From assembly GCA_965261545.1 (NCBI GenBank), contig CBDHDF010000002.1, forward strand, positions 416,001-480,000: DNA of 64,000 bases. Reading direction: 5' to 3'. The notes beneath the pieces were generated by a model. It did not search any database. It was given only the letters and a program-made list of their open reading frames with translations, and was not told the origin of the DNA. The DNA comes from Bdellovibrionales bacterium (GTDB lineage Bacteria; Bdellovibrionota; Bdellovibrionia; Bdellovibrionales; UBA1609). The translations under genes were made by a program, and so were the position numbers. Positions 20,627 through 32,566 of this stretch are shown one piece after another. Every line of letters begins with the position of its first letter. Position 1 is the stretch's first letter.

Positions 20627-21884
20627 CCCTCAACACACTCTCTCTCAATACCAAGAAGCCTATGTATGGGTATGGCTACCCAATGAGACAACACCAGTGG
20701 TTGCCGGAAAGTTGGAAGCTGATGGCGATAAACTGCTGTTTAACTATGGTCAAAGTTATCTCAATCGCATCAATAAAATGCCACGCGCTATCCCTATATA
20801 TGAACCGGAGCTACCTCTTAAACCCAGCATCCAGCCACTCTTAGAGGGGTTGAATATGCCCGGATGCATTCGCGACGCTGCGCCTGATGCGTGGGGTCGA
20901 CGCATTATTATCAACAAGAAATTAGGACTCAAAGGTACAGGCACAGATACTGCAAATCTTGACGAACTGACCTATCTACTTGAATCCGGTTCAGATCGTA
21001 TTGGTGCGCTCGATTTCCAACTCTCACCAACTGAGTATGTGCCACGCACAGCAAACAATGTGAGCATAGACGAGCTTATTGATTCTGCACAGCGTGTAGA
21101 ACAAGGCATACCTCTAACCCCGGATCTTGACCAGGCACTCTTTCATGGTAGTTCTATCGGAGGCGCACGCCCCAAGGCGCTGATAGAAGAAGATGGTGTA
21201 AAATATATTGCCAAGTTTTCAGCCAGCGCAGACCTCTACAGCGTTGTAAAAGCCGAGTTTATTGCAATGAAACTGGCCTCAATGGCTGGACTGGATGTCG
21301 CTCTCGTAAAGATGACAAGTGCTGCAAATAAAGATGTTTTACTCATTCAGCGATTTGATCGTGAATACACAAAAAGCGGCTGGATACGAAAAGCGATGGT
21401 CTCGGCTCTAACACTGTTTGGCCTTGACGACATGATGGCACGCTATGCTAGCTATGAGACATTCGCTGAAATCATTCGCCACCGATTTACTGACCCTAAA
21501 GATACACTGAAAGAATTATTTTCCAGGTTGATTTTCAATATTCTTTGCGGAAACACGGACGACCATGCACGCAATCATGCAGCCTTCTGGGATGGTAAGT
21601 ATCTCAGCCTTACCCCCGCCTACGATATATGCCCACAAGGACGATCAGGAAACGAAGCCTCTCAAGCCATGCTGATATCTGGAAGTAATAACCTGAGCAA
21701 GATTAAAACCTGCCTCGAAAGTGCACATAATTTTTTACTGGCTAAAGAAGATGCCATTGAAATTTTCGAGCATCAAAGATCTGTCATTGAACAGAATTGG
21801 GATGCGGTGTGCGATGAGGCAAATTTAAGCGAAGTTGATAAAAACCTCTTCTGGAGAAGACAGTTTCTCAATCCTTTTTCATGA
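20613..21884 (+). CDS. hipA: HipA-family kinase toxin
   Basis: PDAWGR, DRIGAL, SIGGARPK, RFDR, GNTDDHARN, LTPAYDI. Confidence 0.92.
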   Translation: MMTSNPQHTLSQYQEAYVWVWLPNETTPVVAGKLEADGDKLLFNYGQSYLNRINKMPRAIPIYEPELPLKPSIQPLLEGLNMPGCIRDAAPDAWGRRIIINKKLGLKGTGTDTANLDELTYLLESGSDRIGALDFQLSPTEYVPRTANNVSIDELIDSAQRVEQGIPLTPDLDQALFHGSSIGGARPKALIEEDGVKYIAKFSASADLYSVVKAEFIAMKLASMAGLDVALVKMTSAANKDVLLIQRFDREYTKSGWIRKAMVSALTLFGLDDMMARYASYETFAEIIRHRFTDPKDTLKELFSRLIFNILCGNTDDHARNHAAFWDGKYLSLTPAYDICPQGRSGNEASQAMLISGSNNLSKIKTCLESAHNFLLAKEDAIEIFEHQRSVIEQNWDAVCDEANLSEVDKNLFWRRQFLNPFS

Positions 21885-21956
21885 GTGTTTGGTCTGTGAT
21901 AGAACTCTTGTTGGAAGACTTCTTCAATAGGGAAAAAATATAAATTTTGCAATAAT

Positions 21957-22015
21957 TGTTAGCTGACAATTAAAATGCCCCACCGTCGCCAATGAAAAGT
22001 GGCCACTTTTCAGAG
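21957..22015 (+). mobile_element. Orphan IS21-like terminal sequence
   Basis: TGTTAG..CAATTAAAA...CCGTCGCCAATGAAAA.TGGCCA; related sequence at 47134. Confidence 0.5.
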
Positions 22016-22236
22016 GAGGACCTATGGTGATTTTTGGCATTGTCAACCGAGACGCATATAATCAATTGATATTACTCATAAAAAGGCTCCGAGCTGATAA
22101 GAACTCCTTTTGGGTTCTTGTCGACCTGGAAAGGCAATGGCATTCGTTTAGTGAGAGATCCCATTCGGTTAAGGATTTGAACCTCTAACTCCTCGGGGGT
22201 GGGCTAACCCCAAGTTTTTTTCTTTGATCCATGTGA

Positions 22237-23212
22237 TTATCCGTTGGCCATAGCCCCCCTAACCTCTTTACTGGGTCTCCATACTCCGATGGGTTTTCTA
22301 GAAACTCGGTCGTAATGCCTATTCGGACGTAGCCTTTGTCGGCAGGTCTTCATATTTGTAATGATGCAATTGAGGGTTTTACTAAGCACTACCTTTTGTT
22401 GAAGAAAAAGACCTTCAATATTTCTTGCAATTGTCAGTAAATTGTTTTTAAAGTTTGTCTGCATGGTTTGTTTTTTACTATGGGATTGAGATGTATTAAG
22501 ACGGTCTTCCGTGTAGTTGGAAAATAATCTTGTCAGAGTGATAAGTGTGAAGTGTGCAAACAATTCTTGTTTGACTCCCCTTTCACTTTGAGAATGAAAC
22601 TCTTCAATGGTCATCAGTTCTTTGGATATTTTGTACAGTTCCTCTATACTCCAGCGTCCATGATAGAGATTGGCCAGATCATCAATGGAATATTTTTTTT
22701 GATCCATTAAGGTTGTTCCTAGAACAAAAGTAGTTTGTCCAATTTTATATTTGACCAAACGCAAAGCGTAGGCTTTGAAGTCGTCTTGTGGCTTTTTTTT
22801 ATGTAGTTCTTTCAGAATTTGCTTGCTAGGAATGACTTGGATCACTGAGTCTTTTTGATCATTATTAATAAATTCATCAAAAACAGTGTTGGCATTTCTC
22901 CTTATCCTAAACACCGCATGCAGACTTCGCACCTTATGCTCATGAAGCATTTCGTAGGAATAATAGCCACGATCATAAACCACAACATCGTTTTCAAACA
23001 ATTTTTTGAAATGAGTTTGTGCAGCCTTTCTCTCATTGTTATGGGCAAAGAGATCAAAATCCACAGGAATCTTCGACTGTAGTTGGTACAGGCAACTGAC
23101 AAGACCTTGAGGGTACCATGCTTTTTCCCATGGTTGCTGATACCCATTATCTACGAGTTGACGTGGTAAATTTATTTTCGATCCATCCACTGCGAAAACC
23201 TTATGGCCCTTC
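22237..23212 (-). pseudogene. IS4-family transposase, 5' end lost at the IS3 insertion
   Basis: VDGSKINLP, YDRGYYS, LY.GRWSIEE.YK..K; probable end repeat CAATGGCATTCG near 22135. Confidence 0.85.
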
Positions 23213-24492
23213 TATAGTGGACCCCAAAAACAGACTGGTTGCTAAGTTACACCGCAGCGGGTAAAAAGCCCCTCATAGGAGGGGATAATGAGAAAGAAAC
23301 ACAGCGCACAATTTAAGGCCAGAGTCGCACTTGACGCCATTCGTGAGACTGACACAATGGCAGAGTTGGCCTCCAAGCATGGAGTTCACCGCATCCAAAT
23401 CCAAGATTGGAAGAAGCAAGCTATTGAAGCCATTCCTAAGGCCTTAGCGAGCAAAAAAAAGGACAACAACGAGGTAGAAGAACAAAGAAAAACCATTGAT
23501 GAATTGTATCGGCAAATAGGGCAGTTAAAGGTTGAAAATGATTGGTTAAAAAAAAAATCTGAGAGCTTCAATGCCTGAGAAAAAAGCCGCTATCAATTGG
23601 AAACATCCAAATATTTGTGTCACTCGCCAATGTGAGTTGCTAGGACTCTCTAAGGGAGCCTTGTACTACAAGCCCATACCTGAGAGTGCCTACAACTTAA
23701 AACTGATGAGTTTAATTGACAAACAGTACTTGGAGACCCCTTTTTATGGGAGCCGTAAAATGGCAGCTCACTTAAGACTTAATGGCCATGGGGTCAACCG
23801 CAAGAGGATTCAGCGGCTCATGGAAAAGATGTGTCTTTTCGCTATCTTCCCAGGTCCAAACACCAGTCAGCGAAACCATCAGCATAAGGTTTATCCCTAC
23901 CTACTTAAGGGGCTTAATATCTGCTCCCCCAACCAAGTGTGGGCTACTGATATTACTTTTATAAGGTTGTCTGGTGGCTTTGCTTACTTGGTAGCTGTGA
24001 TAGATTGGTTTAGCCGATTTGTTCTGTCTTGGAGACTTTCTAATAGCCTTGAGACAACTTTTTGTTTAGAAGTCTTTGAGGAAGCCATAGAAACATTTGG
24101 TTGCCCTGATATCGTCAATACTGATCAAGGGTGCCAATTCACTTCTGAGGTTTTCACAAAATTATTGAAAAATCATGGAATCTCGATCAGTATGGACGGC
24201 AAAGGCAGGTGTTTAGACAACATCATGATCGAGCGGCTTTGGCGGTCTGTTAAGTACGAAGAGGTTTACTTGAAAGGCTATCAAGACAAATCAATGGTTC
24301 AAGCCAACAAAGGTTTTAAAACGTATTTTAATTTTTATAATAATAAAAGGCCACACCAGTCTCTTCAGGATTGCACCCCTTATCAGGTGCATATGGGAGA
24401 GGTGGATTTAACACATTAACACGGGGCTTCTTTGTGCGCTGTGGTGTAGCTTAAAAATCAAGTTTTTCAGTCTGACATTGGGGTCCACCTCA
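23213..24492 (+). mobile_element. IS3-family element, copy 1 (intact)
   Basis: Ends TATAGTGGACCCCAA / TTGGGGTCCACCTCA; orfA 23288-23578; orfB 23571-24419 with W.TDIT, NTDQG.QF, DNI.IERLWRSVKYE; A10 frameshift tract near 23548. Confidence 0.95.
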
Positions 24493-24628
24493 GCCTATAG
24501 TGGACGGGAAGATGAGCTGTAAGCTATCAGCCAACGAATTCCCTCAATAGCCTTTCTGCTCTGTCTGATTCGGCTCATTCAACCAAAATAGACAATTAGG
24601 TGAGTAAAATCAAATACTTGAATAAAAT

Positions 24629-24678
24629 ATGTTCCGTTTTGTCGGTATTTATTGACAATTGCCGACATTTTGGAACAT
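24629..24678. promoter_or_regulatory. Inverted repeat upstream of abiEi, candidate autoregulatory operator
   Basis: ATGTTCC....TGTCGG ... CCGACA....GGAACAT; AbiEi proteins are known to autorepress through promoter inverted repeats. Confidence 0.6.
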
Positions 24679-24687
24679 CATAAGACT

Positions 24688-25287
24688 ATGGGAAACCACA
24701 GCCAAAAAATCCTAGACCTCGCTCATTCACATGGACTGATCCGCCCACGGGACCTCACTCAGCATGGGGTGCCTCGCATGGCTCTGACTCGCCTTGTGCG
24801 CCAGGGCCTGCTTATTCAAGTAGGAAGGGGTCTTTACTCTTTACCTGATAGACCTGTAACAGAAAACATCTCTCTTGCTGAGGTTTCTCGCAAATGCCCA
24901 CAAGGTATAGTGTGTCTGCTATCCGCATTGCGGGTCCATGAGTTAACCACTCAATCCCCCTTTGAAATTTGGCTTGCTATTCCCAACAAATCCAGACCCC
25001 CAAAAATGAAGTACCCACCTCTGCGTATTGTGCGATTTTCTGGATTGGCTCTCACTGAAGGTATTGACGAACAACAAGTTGGATGTGTTCCTGTTCATAT
25101 CACAAATGTGGCCCGCACAGTAGCTGACTGCTTCAAATACCGAAATAAAATCGGCCTTGAGGTGGCTCTGGAGGCTCTCGAAGAGGCTTGGCACAACAAA
25201 CGAACAAATATGGATGAGCTTTGGCATTATGCCTCAATCTGTCGGGTAACAAACATCATGCGACCTTACTTGGAGAGTTTAGTATGA
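24688..25287 (+). CDS. abiEi: Type IV TA antitoxin AbiEi
   Basis: GRGLY, CLLSAL..HELTTQ.P..IW.AIP, RTVADCFKYRNKIG. Confidence 0.9.
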   Translation: MGNHSQKILDLAHSHGLIRPRDLTQHGVPRMALTRLVRQGLLIQVGRGLYSLPDRPVTENISLAEVSRKCPQGIVCLLSALRVHELTTQSPFEIWLAIPNKSRPPKMKYPPLRIVRFSGLALTEGIDEQQVGCVPVHITNVARTVADCFKYRNKIGLEVALEALEEAWHNKRTNMDELWHYASICRVTNIMRPYLESLV

Positions 25288-26219
25288 GCCAAAGAAACAT
25301 AGCCGCCTCTGTAAGAAATCGCCTACTCAAAGTTGCCAAAGAAAATCAGAAAGACTTCAACCTACTTGTTACTCGGTATTGTATCGAACGGCTGATGTAT
25401 CGCCTCAGTATCTCTGAATATGTTGATCGTTTTCTGCTAAAAGGAGCTTTGCTATTTGACCTGTGGTTTGATATTCCTCATCGCCCCACACGAGATGCAG
25501 ACTTTTTGGGCCTTGGCCCTTCTGACATAGCAACCATAAGAAATACTTTCAAAGAAATCTGTGACATTGGCATAAAAGACGGAGTTACATTTAAATCGGA
25601 AACTGTGGATGTTAAGGAAATTCGCAAGGAAGCCAACTATCCGGGCTTGCGTGTAACTCTCTTGGCGATGATTGAAAGTATGAGGTGTTCCATTCAGGTT
25701 GATATAGGTTTTGGAGATGCCGTTACACCCAGCCCAGAAGATATTGAATACCCCACAATCTTAGGGGAGTTCGCAGCACCCAGACTACAATCCTACCCAC
25801 GTTATACTGTCGTTGCAGAAAAACTTGAGGCTTTAAGCAAACTTGGAATAGCCAATAGTCGTATGAAAGATTATTTCGACCTATGGGTTCTGGCTCATCA
25901 CAGCGACTTTAAGGGTGACATACTTCTCAAATCTATTCAGGCAACATTTATACGTCGGCAAACAGAGAGACCCCATGAAAAACCCTTTGGGCTCACTGAT
26001 GCTTTCGCTCAAGATACCCAGAAGCAAACACAATGGTCTGCTTTCTTGCGAAAGAACTCTCTTGAAGCACTTCCTTTAAAAGATGTTGTACACTTTCTTT
26101 CTGATTTCTTGTCACCAGTCATCCAGTCGGGAGGTGCGAGCCAGCCCTTTGATTTGCTTTGGAAACCTGGTGGTCCTTGGTTATTGAAGATCATGTCTAA
26201 TGATGGAGGTTCATTATGA
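25284..26219 (+). CDS. abiEii: Type IV TA toxin AbiEii, nucleotidyltransferase
   Basis: FLLKGA, RPTRDADF, DIGFGD, AEKLEA, NSRMKDYFD; ATGA overlap with abiEi. Confidence 0.92.
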   Translation: MSQRNIAASVRNRLLKVAKENQKDFNLLVTRYCIERLMYRLSISEYVDRFLLKGALLFDLWFDIPHRPTRDADFLGLGPSDIATIRNTFKEICDIGIKDGVTFKSETVDVKEIRKEANYPGLRVTLLAMIESMRCSIQVDIGFGDAVTPSPEDIEYPTILGEFAAPRLQSYPRYTVVAEKLEALSKLGIANSRMKDYFDLWVLAHHSDFKGDILLKSIQATFIRRQTERPHEKPFGLTDAFAQDTQKQTQWSAFLRKNSLEALPLKDVVHFLSDFLSPVIQSGGASQPFDLLWKPGGPWLLKIMSNDGGSL

Positions 26220-26398
26220 ATGATAAATTAAAGAGCATATTCTCCAATCCCAAAGACTACATGCGAACAAATAGACCAGAACTGTTTTCTGATTCTATCT
26301 TAAAAACTAAAAACATATTACATGATTCTATCTTAAAAACTAAAAACATATTACATAAAACAATACTTGAATATCAACTAGACACTCTGACAAGTAGA
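26216..26398 (+). pseudogene. N-terminal stub of a larger gene cut by an IS21 end; contains a 33-bp tandem duplication
   Basis: PKDYMR..RPELFSDS...LEYQLDTLTSR; GATTCTATCTTAAAAACTAAAAACATATTACAT x2 at 26291-26356. Confidence 0.55.
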
Positions 26399-26952
26399 CC
26401 CGGAGGGGCGGACAAAACCATCCATTTGTGGGCTAACAAAACCATCCATTTAGGGTGATCTGACAAGATGGGCTCACCCTACATTTAATTTTTTATCTTG
26501 ACAAGTCGGTTTGAAGCTTCCTTCAATCGGTAGCTTTTTCCCTCAAATTTTAATAGTTGGCTGCAGTGGAGAAGGCGATCCAGGATGGCAGAGGCCACGG
26601 TATTATCGCCCAAACACTTTCCCCAGTCCTCAATAATGCGATTGGAGGTAATAAGAGTGCTTTTTCTCGCTGAGTATCGATCCAGAATGATTTCCTGGAA
26701 GTCATCACAAGCCTCTGGTGGGATGCGCTTTCTAAGAAAAAGATCATCAATGATCAATAGGTCCACATGGATGAGTTGGGTGTAGAACCTCTTTCTGCGC
26801 CCCAGCTGCCTGGCCTCAAAGAGATTTTCAAAGAGCTTGTGAGCTTCCTGATACAAAACCTTGTAATTTGATATGGAACAGACCTTGGTGGCTATAGCTT
26901 TTGCAATGTGGCTTTTTCCAGTTCCAGGGGAGCCAATAAGCAAGGCTCCCTC
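26399..26952 (-). mobile_element. istB: IS21-family remnant: istB C-terminus and right end, cut by IS3
   Basis: GSPGTGKSH, LLIIDD, TSN, AILDRLLH, GKSYRL; terminal repeats ACAAAACCATCCATTT x2. Confidence 0.85.
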
Positions 26953-28232
26953 TGAGGTGGACCCCAATGTCAGACTGAAAAACTTGATTTTTAAGCTACA
27001 CCACAGCGCACAAAGAAGCCCCGTGTTAATGTGTTAAATCCACCTCTCCCATATGCACCTGATAAGGGGTGCAATCCTGAAGAGACTGGTGTGGCCTTTT
27101 ATTATTATAAAAATTAAAATACGTTTTAAAACCTTTGTTGGCTTGAACCATTGATTTGTCTTGATAGCCTTTCAAGTAAACCTCTTCGTACTTAACAGAC
27201 CGCCAAAGCCGCTCGATCATGATGTTGTCTAAACACCTGCCTTTGCCGTCCATACTGATCGAGATTCCATGATTTTTCAATAATTTTGTGAAAACCTCAG
27301 AAGTGAATTGGCACCCTTGATCAGTATTGACGATATCAGGGCAACCAAATGTTTCTATGGCTTCCTCAAAGACTTCTAAACAAAAAGTTGTCTCAAGGCT
27401 ATTAGAAAGTCTCCAAGACAGAACAAATCGGCTAAACCAATCTATCACAGCTACCAAGTAAGCAAAGCCACCAGACAACCTTATAAAAGTAATATCAGTA
27501 GCCCACACTTGGTTGGGGAAGCAGATATTAAGCCCCTTAAGTAGGTAGGGATAAACCTTATGCTGATGGTTTCGCTGACTGGTGTTTGGACCTGGGAAGA
27601 TAGCGAAAAGACACATCTTTTCCATGAGCCGCTGAATCCTCTTGCGGTTGACCCCATGGCCATTAAGTCTTAAGTGAGCTGCCATTTTACGGCTCCCATA
27701 AAAAGGGGTCTCCAAGTACTGTTTGTCAATTAAACTCATCAGTTTTAAGTTGTAGGCACTCTCAGGTATGGGCTTGTAGTACAAGGCTCCCTTAGAGAGT
27801 CCTAGCAACTCACATTGGCGAGTGACACAAATATTTGGATGTTTCCAATTGATAGCGGCTTTTTTCTCAGGCATTGAAGCTCTCAGATTTTTTTTTTAAC
27901 CAATCATTTTCAACCTTTAACTGCCCTATTTGCCGATACAATTCATCAATGGTTTTTCTTTGTTCTTCTACCTCGTTGTTGTCCTTTTTTTTGCTCGCTA
28001 AGGCCTTAGGAATGGCTTCAATAGCTTGCTTCTTCCAATCTTGGATTTGGATGCGGTGAACTCCATGCTTGGAGGCCAACTCTGCCATTGTGTCAGTCTC
28101 ACGAATGGCGTCAAGTGCGACTCTGGCCTTAAATTGTGCGCTGTGTTTCTTTCTCATTATCCCCTCCTATGAGGGGCTTTTTACCCGCTGCGGTGTAACT
28201 TAGCAACCAGTCTGTTTTTGGGGTCCACTATA
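26953..28232 (-). mobile_element. IS3-family element, copy 2 (inverted, intact)
   Basis: Reverse complement of 23213-24492; orfA 27867-28157, orfB 27026-27874. Confidence 0.95.
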
Positions 28233-28295
28233 GGCTCAAACTCGTAAAATTAACCTCATGGAGAAATCTAACAATAAAATATTCAGAGCATGGTT

Positions 28296-28460
28296 CCTTA
28301 AAAATCGAGCTTCAGGATTTAAGAGCTTAAAGGGTTTTGAGAATATGATTTACTTGTGTGCTGGGGATTTGGATATTGTTGGAAGTTTCCCCAAGCGTTT
28401 TTGTACACTGTAGCTTTTATCGTCGGCCAACATTCCTTTTTCTAATTCACCCCAATACTT
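28296..28460 (+). pseudogene. Diverged ISL3 transposase 3' remnant
   Basis: Similar to 3703-3865 (KNRASGFK.L.GFENMIYLCAGDLDIVGSFPKRFCTL). Confidence 0.7.
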
Positions 28461-28760
28461 AAGACCACTATTGTTCACCACTAAATTCAAGTGCTTTTTG
28501 TAAGCTCGATTTTGCCAACCGATCCATTCATCACGGCAAGGCAAAGTGGATGTGCCAGCTTCAAATAAAAGACAACCCAATCTTCGCCCACAATTATCTA
28601 AGATGAAATAGCGTAAGGAGGTGTTAAAAAATAACTTGAACTATTTAACTTTAGTTTGAGATAGTAAAAACATAAGAATATGTTCAAGTTATTTTTTAAC
28701 ACCTCCTAAGTGGGGACCAAAGGGACGTCTGTAATTGAGATAATGATGCCGATCGACAAC
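28461..28760 (-). pseudogene. DUF4338/DruA-like domain fragment interrupted by a MITE
   Basis: Removing the MITE gives VVDRHHYLNYRRPFGPHLRYFILDNCGRRLGCLLF...CRDEWIGW...LNLVVNNS. Confidence 0.7.
28617..28706. mobile_element. 90-bp MITE (IS5-like ends)
   Basis: Perfect 25-bp terminal inverted repeats GGAGGTGTTAAAAAATAACTTGAAC; TAA target-site duplication. Confidence 0.85.
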
Positions 28761-29442
28761 TGTACAATTGCGCGTATTGCCCGCACTGGTTGCACCCATT
28801 ACCCTCACTTTCCCTATTTCAATGCGTCATTGATGATTTTCCTTCCCATTTCTGGGGAAAATTTTAGTTAATTTGTAATCCTATTTCTTCCTATTTTAGG
28901 GAAAAGTCCTGGTCAAGTTTTGTTCCCTGGATTTTTCGATAACTCTCTCCTTTAAGTAAAATTTTTATGGCGGTATGCTTCAAACGGTCGATGATAGTAT
29001 CTGCCAGCACCTCATCATCAATAATTTCTGACCAATGCGTTATTGGCAGTTGAGTGGTAATAATGGTGGACCTATCGGAACGAAACTTTAAAATATCGCA
29101 GAAGTCTGTGGATTCACTTTGGGAGAACTTCCTTAATCCAAAGTCATCAAAAATTAACACTTGGGGGCGGCCCAGACGACGCAAGTAGTTCAAATACCTT
29201 CCTGAGTGCCTTTCCAGGGCCAAGGTTTCTAGAAATATGTTGATGTCTATAAACAGTGTGGAGATTCTGGATTGACAACACTGGTGTCCCAGGCTCTGGG
29301 CCAAGAAGGTTTTACCCACCCCGTTGGCCCTTCGACAATGATAGACCTTTGCTCCTTAACCCATGATAAAGTTTGAAGCCTATCCACCTCTCTTTTACTA
29401 ATAGACCTTTTGGCATGGTGGTCAAATGCCTCACCTCTGACC
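28761..29442 (-). mobile_element. istB: Truncated copy of the IS21 element (right end and partial istB)
   Basis: Near-identical to 35075-35757; cut by the IS4 tandem. Confidence 0.9.
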
Positions 29443-30859
29443 CAATGCCGTTTCCTTAAGAAAAATCTCTTGAAATCATTAGATAAATCGACAAGAATAA
29501 GACTTGTTTTATTTTACACCCAACCCTCAACCAAGGAGTAAGTCACATGCAATCCAATATTGATCTCGAAAGCCCCCAAATGACGAGTTCGCGTCACAGA
29601 TGACCATTTTATTCTACCAAAACTTGATTCTTCCTTCAAGCCAGAGCACCTTGTCGATCCAGAAAAACAAAAAAGGAATCGAAAATTTAATCCTCAAATT
29701 TTCTTTTTTACCATTATCTATCTTATTTCCGGAACAAATTACGAAGGCTACCAAATCGCTCTTAAGACGGTATGGACTCATTTTGGTGACCTGCTTCTCA
29801 TGCCAGTCAAAAGCAGTCTCAGCAAGATACGTCAAAGTATTTCTTACCTATTTTTCAAAGATATCTTTGAATCTCTGATTACAGACTACGAACCATTGAG
29901 AAAAACGTTTCATGGTTTTTATATCTATGCCATAGATGGCGACCAATTAGCACTTCCTCGCTCTAAAGATCTTTTAAAGGAGGGTTATTGTGGGTACCCT
30001 TGCCCAAATGAGATGGAAACTCATTTCTTACGTATGTATCTATCTCATGCTTATGACGTTTTATCGGGTGTGACAAAGAATCTTTGCTATTCTCCCGCTC
30101 TCAACGAAATCGCCAATGCTATTCAAATGATAGGTAGTTTTGAGAGTAATAGCATAACTCTCTACGATAGGCTTTATTTATCTACAGAGATTATTAAGGC
30201 CCATGCTCAAGCCAGTAACTTCTTTATTGCGCGTTGTAAGCGAGGCTCTACTTTTATCCCCATCGTAAATTTATTTAATGGCCCAGGTTGGTATTCACAA
30301 ATGGTTATTGAGGGGGTGGTCATTCATCTCTATAAGTATAAAAACCCAAAGACTGGGGAGTTCTCTGTTTTGGCCACTAATCTTCCGCATGGCTCCTTGG
30401 ACAAGAAGGATATGGTTGCTCTTTACTCTCGTCGTTGGGAAATAGAAACGACATTTCGTGATTTTACATCGACAATGAAAATGGAGCAGTGGCACTCAAC
30501 AAGCCTTAATGGAATATTGCAAGAGCTGTATTCTTATTTTTGGCTCTTCAATTATACAAAGATTCAAATGAGCATAAATGAGGATGAAGACAGTGTGAAT
30601 CAGTTGGTAAAAAATGACTACAAAAAACCTAACTTTAAACTGATTCTTGATTTCATAATGGATAGCATCCCCCTTTTTGTTGCGGGGCTCTATCAGAAAT
30701 TTAGGAAGCAGATAAAGTTGCTGATGAAGATTTCAATGGAGAAGAGGAGGCACTTCAAAAGAAGCTATGAAAGGTCTATCAAAAGGGCTGGGAGTTCTTT
30801 TAAAAGAAATAGCTTAACGCAGAGGCAGAGGGGTGTGGTGGCTTAAGGAAACGGCATTG
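29443..30859 (+). mobile_element. IS4-family element, copy A
   Basis: 18-bp inverted repeats CAATGCCGTTTCCTTAAG; 10-bp duplication ACCTCTGACC on both sides; transposase 29800-30846 (AIDGD, YDRLY, LYSRRWEIET.FR). Confidence 0.92.
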
Positions 30860-30869
30860 ACCTCTGACC

Positions 30870-32286
30870 CAATGCCGTTTCCTTAAGAAAAATCTCTTGA
30901 AATCATTAGATAAATCGACAAGAATAAGACTTGTTTTATTTTACACCCAACCCTCAACCAAGGAGTAAGTCACATGCAATCCAATATTGATCTCGAAAGC
31001 CCCCAAATGACGAGTTCGCGTCACAGATGACCATTTTATTCTACCAAAACTTGATTCTTCCTTCAAGCCAGAGCACCTTGTCGATCCAGAAAAACAAAAA
31101 AGGAATCGAAAATTTAATCCTCAAATTTTCTTTTTTACCATTATCTATCTTATTTCCGGAACAAATTACGAAGGCTACCAAATCGCTCTTAAGACGGTAT
31201 GGACTCATTTTGGTGACCTGCTTCTCATGCCAGTCAAAAGCAGTCTCAGCAAGATACGTCAAAGTATTTCTTACCTATTTTTCAAAGATATCTTTGAATC
31301 TCTGATTACAGACTACGAACCATTGAGAAAAACGTTTCATGGTTTTTATATCTATGCCATAGATGGCGACCAATTAGCACTTCCTCGCTCTAAAGATCTT
31401 TTAAAGGAGGGTTATTGTGGGTACCCTTGCCCAAATGAGATGGAAACTCATTTCTTACGTATGTATCTATCTCATGCTTATGACGTTTTATCGGGTGTGA
31501 CAAAGAATCTTTGCTATTCTCCCGCTCTCAACAAAATCGCCAATGCTATTCAAATGATAGGTAGTTTTGAGAGTAATAGCATAACTCTCTACGATAGGCT
31601 TTATTTATCTACAGAGATTATTAAGGCCCATGCTCAAGCCAGTAACTTCTTTATTGCGCGTTGTAAGCGAGGCTCTACTTTTATCCCCATCGTAAATTTA
31701 TTTAATGGCCCAGGTTGGTATTCACAAATGGTTATTGAGGGGGTGGTCATTCATCTCTATAAGTATAAAAACCCAAAGACTGGGGAGTTCTCTGTTTTGG
31801 CCACTAATCTTCCGCATGGCTCCTTGGACAAGAAGGATATGGTTGCTCTTTACTCTCGTCGTTGGGAAATAGAAACGACATTTCGTGATTTTACATCGAC
31901 AATGAAAATGGAGCAGTGGCACTCAACAAGCCTTAATGGAATATTGCAAGAGCTGTATTCTTATTTTTGGCTCTTCAATTATACAAAGATTCAAATGAGC
32001 ATAAATGAGGATGAAGACAGTGTGAATCAGTTGGTAAAAAATGACTACAAAAAACCTAACTTTAAACTGATTCTTGATTTCATAATGGATAGCATCCCCC
32101 TTTTTGTTGCGGGGCTCTATCAGAAATTTAGGAAGCAGATAAAGTTGCTGATGAAGATTTCAATGGAGAAGAGGAGGCACTTCAAAAGAAGCTATGAAAG
32201 GTCTATCAAAAGGGCTGGGAGTTCTTTTAAAAGAAATAGCTTAACGCAGAGGCAGAGGGGTGTGGTGGCTTAAGGAAACGGCATTG
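30870..32286 (+). mobile_element. IS4-family element, copy B (tandem)
   Basis: Near-identical to copy A (one E/K difference seen); transposase 31227-32273. Confidence 0.92.
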
Positions 32287-32538
32287 ACTTATAAGTCATC
32301 ACCAAAAGGAGGGAGACCAAGACTCAAAAAGAGAAAAATTTTTGAAGGTATTTTATATGTTTCTAAAAACAATATCCCTTGGAAGGCTGTCCCGGAGGTT
32401 TACGGATCAGGAAGTGCACTCAATGATTATTTTAGAGAGTGGGCTAGGAGTGGCGTTTTTCACAGAATTAAGAAAAGTCATTTTTCTCTTATTTTTTCCC
32501 TCGATTGGGAGAAAATTGAAGCCCTTTATGAATCTTAG
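32287..32538 (+). pseudogene. IS5-like transposase N-terminal domain (DUF4096-type) fragment
   Basis: GGRPR.....IFEGILYV....IPW..VP..YG......YFREW..SGVF. Confidence 0.7.
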
Positions 32539-32566
32539 AGTTTAAATAACCATTGGAGGTTTAAGC

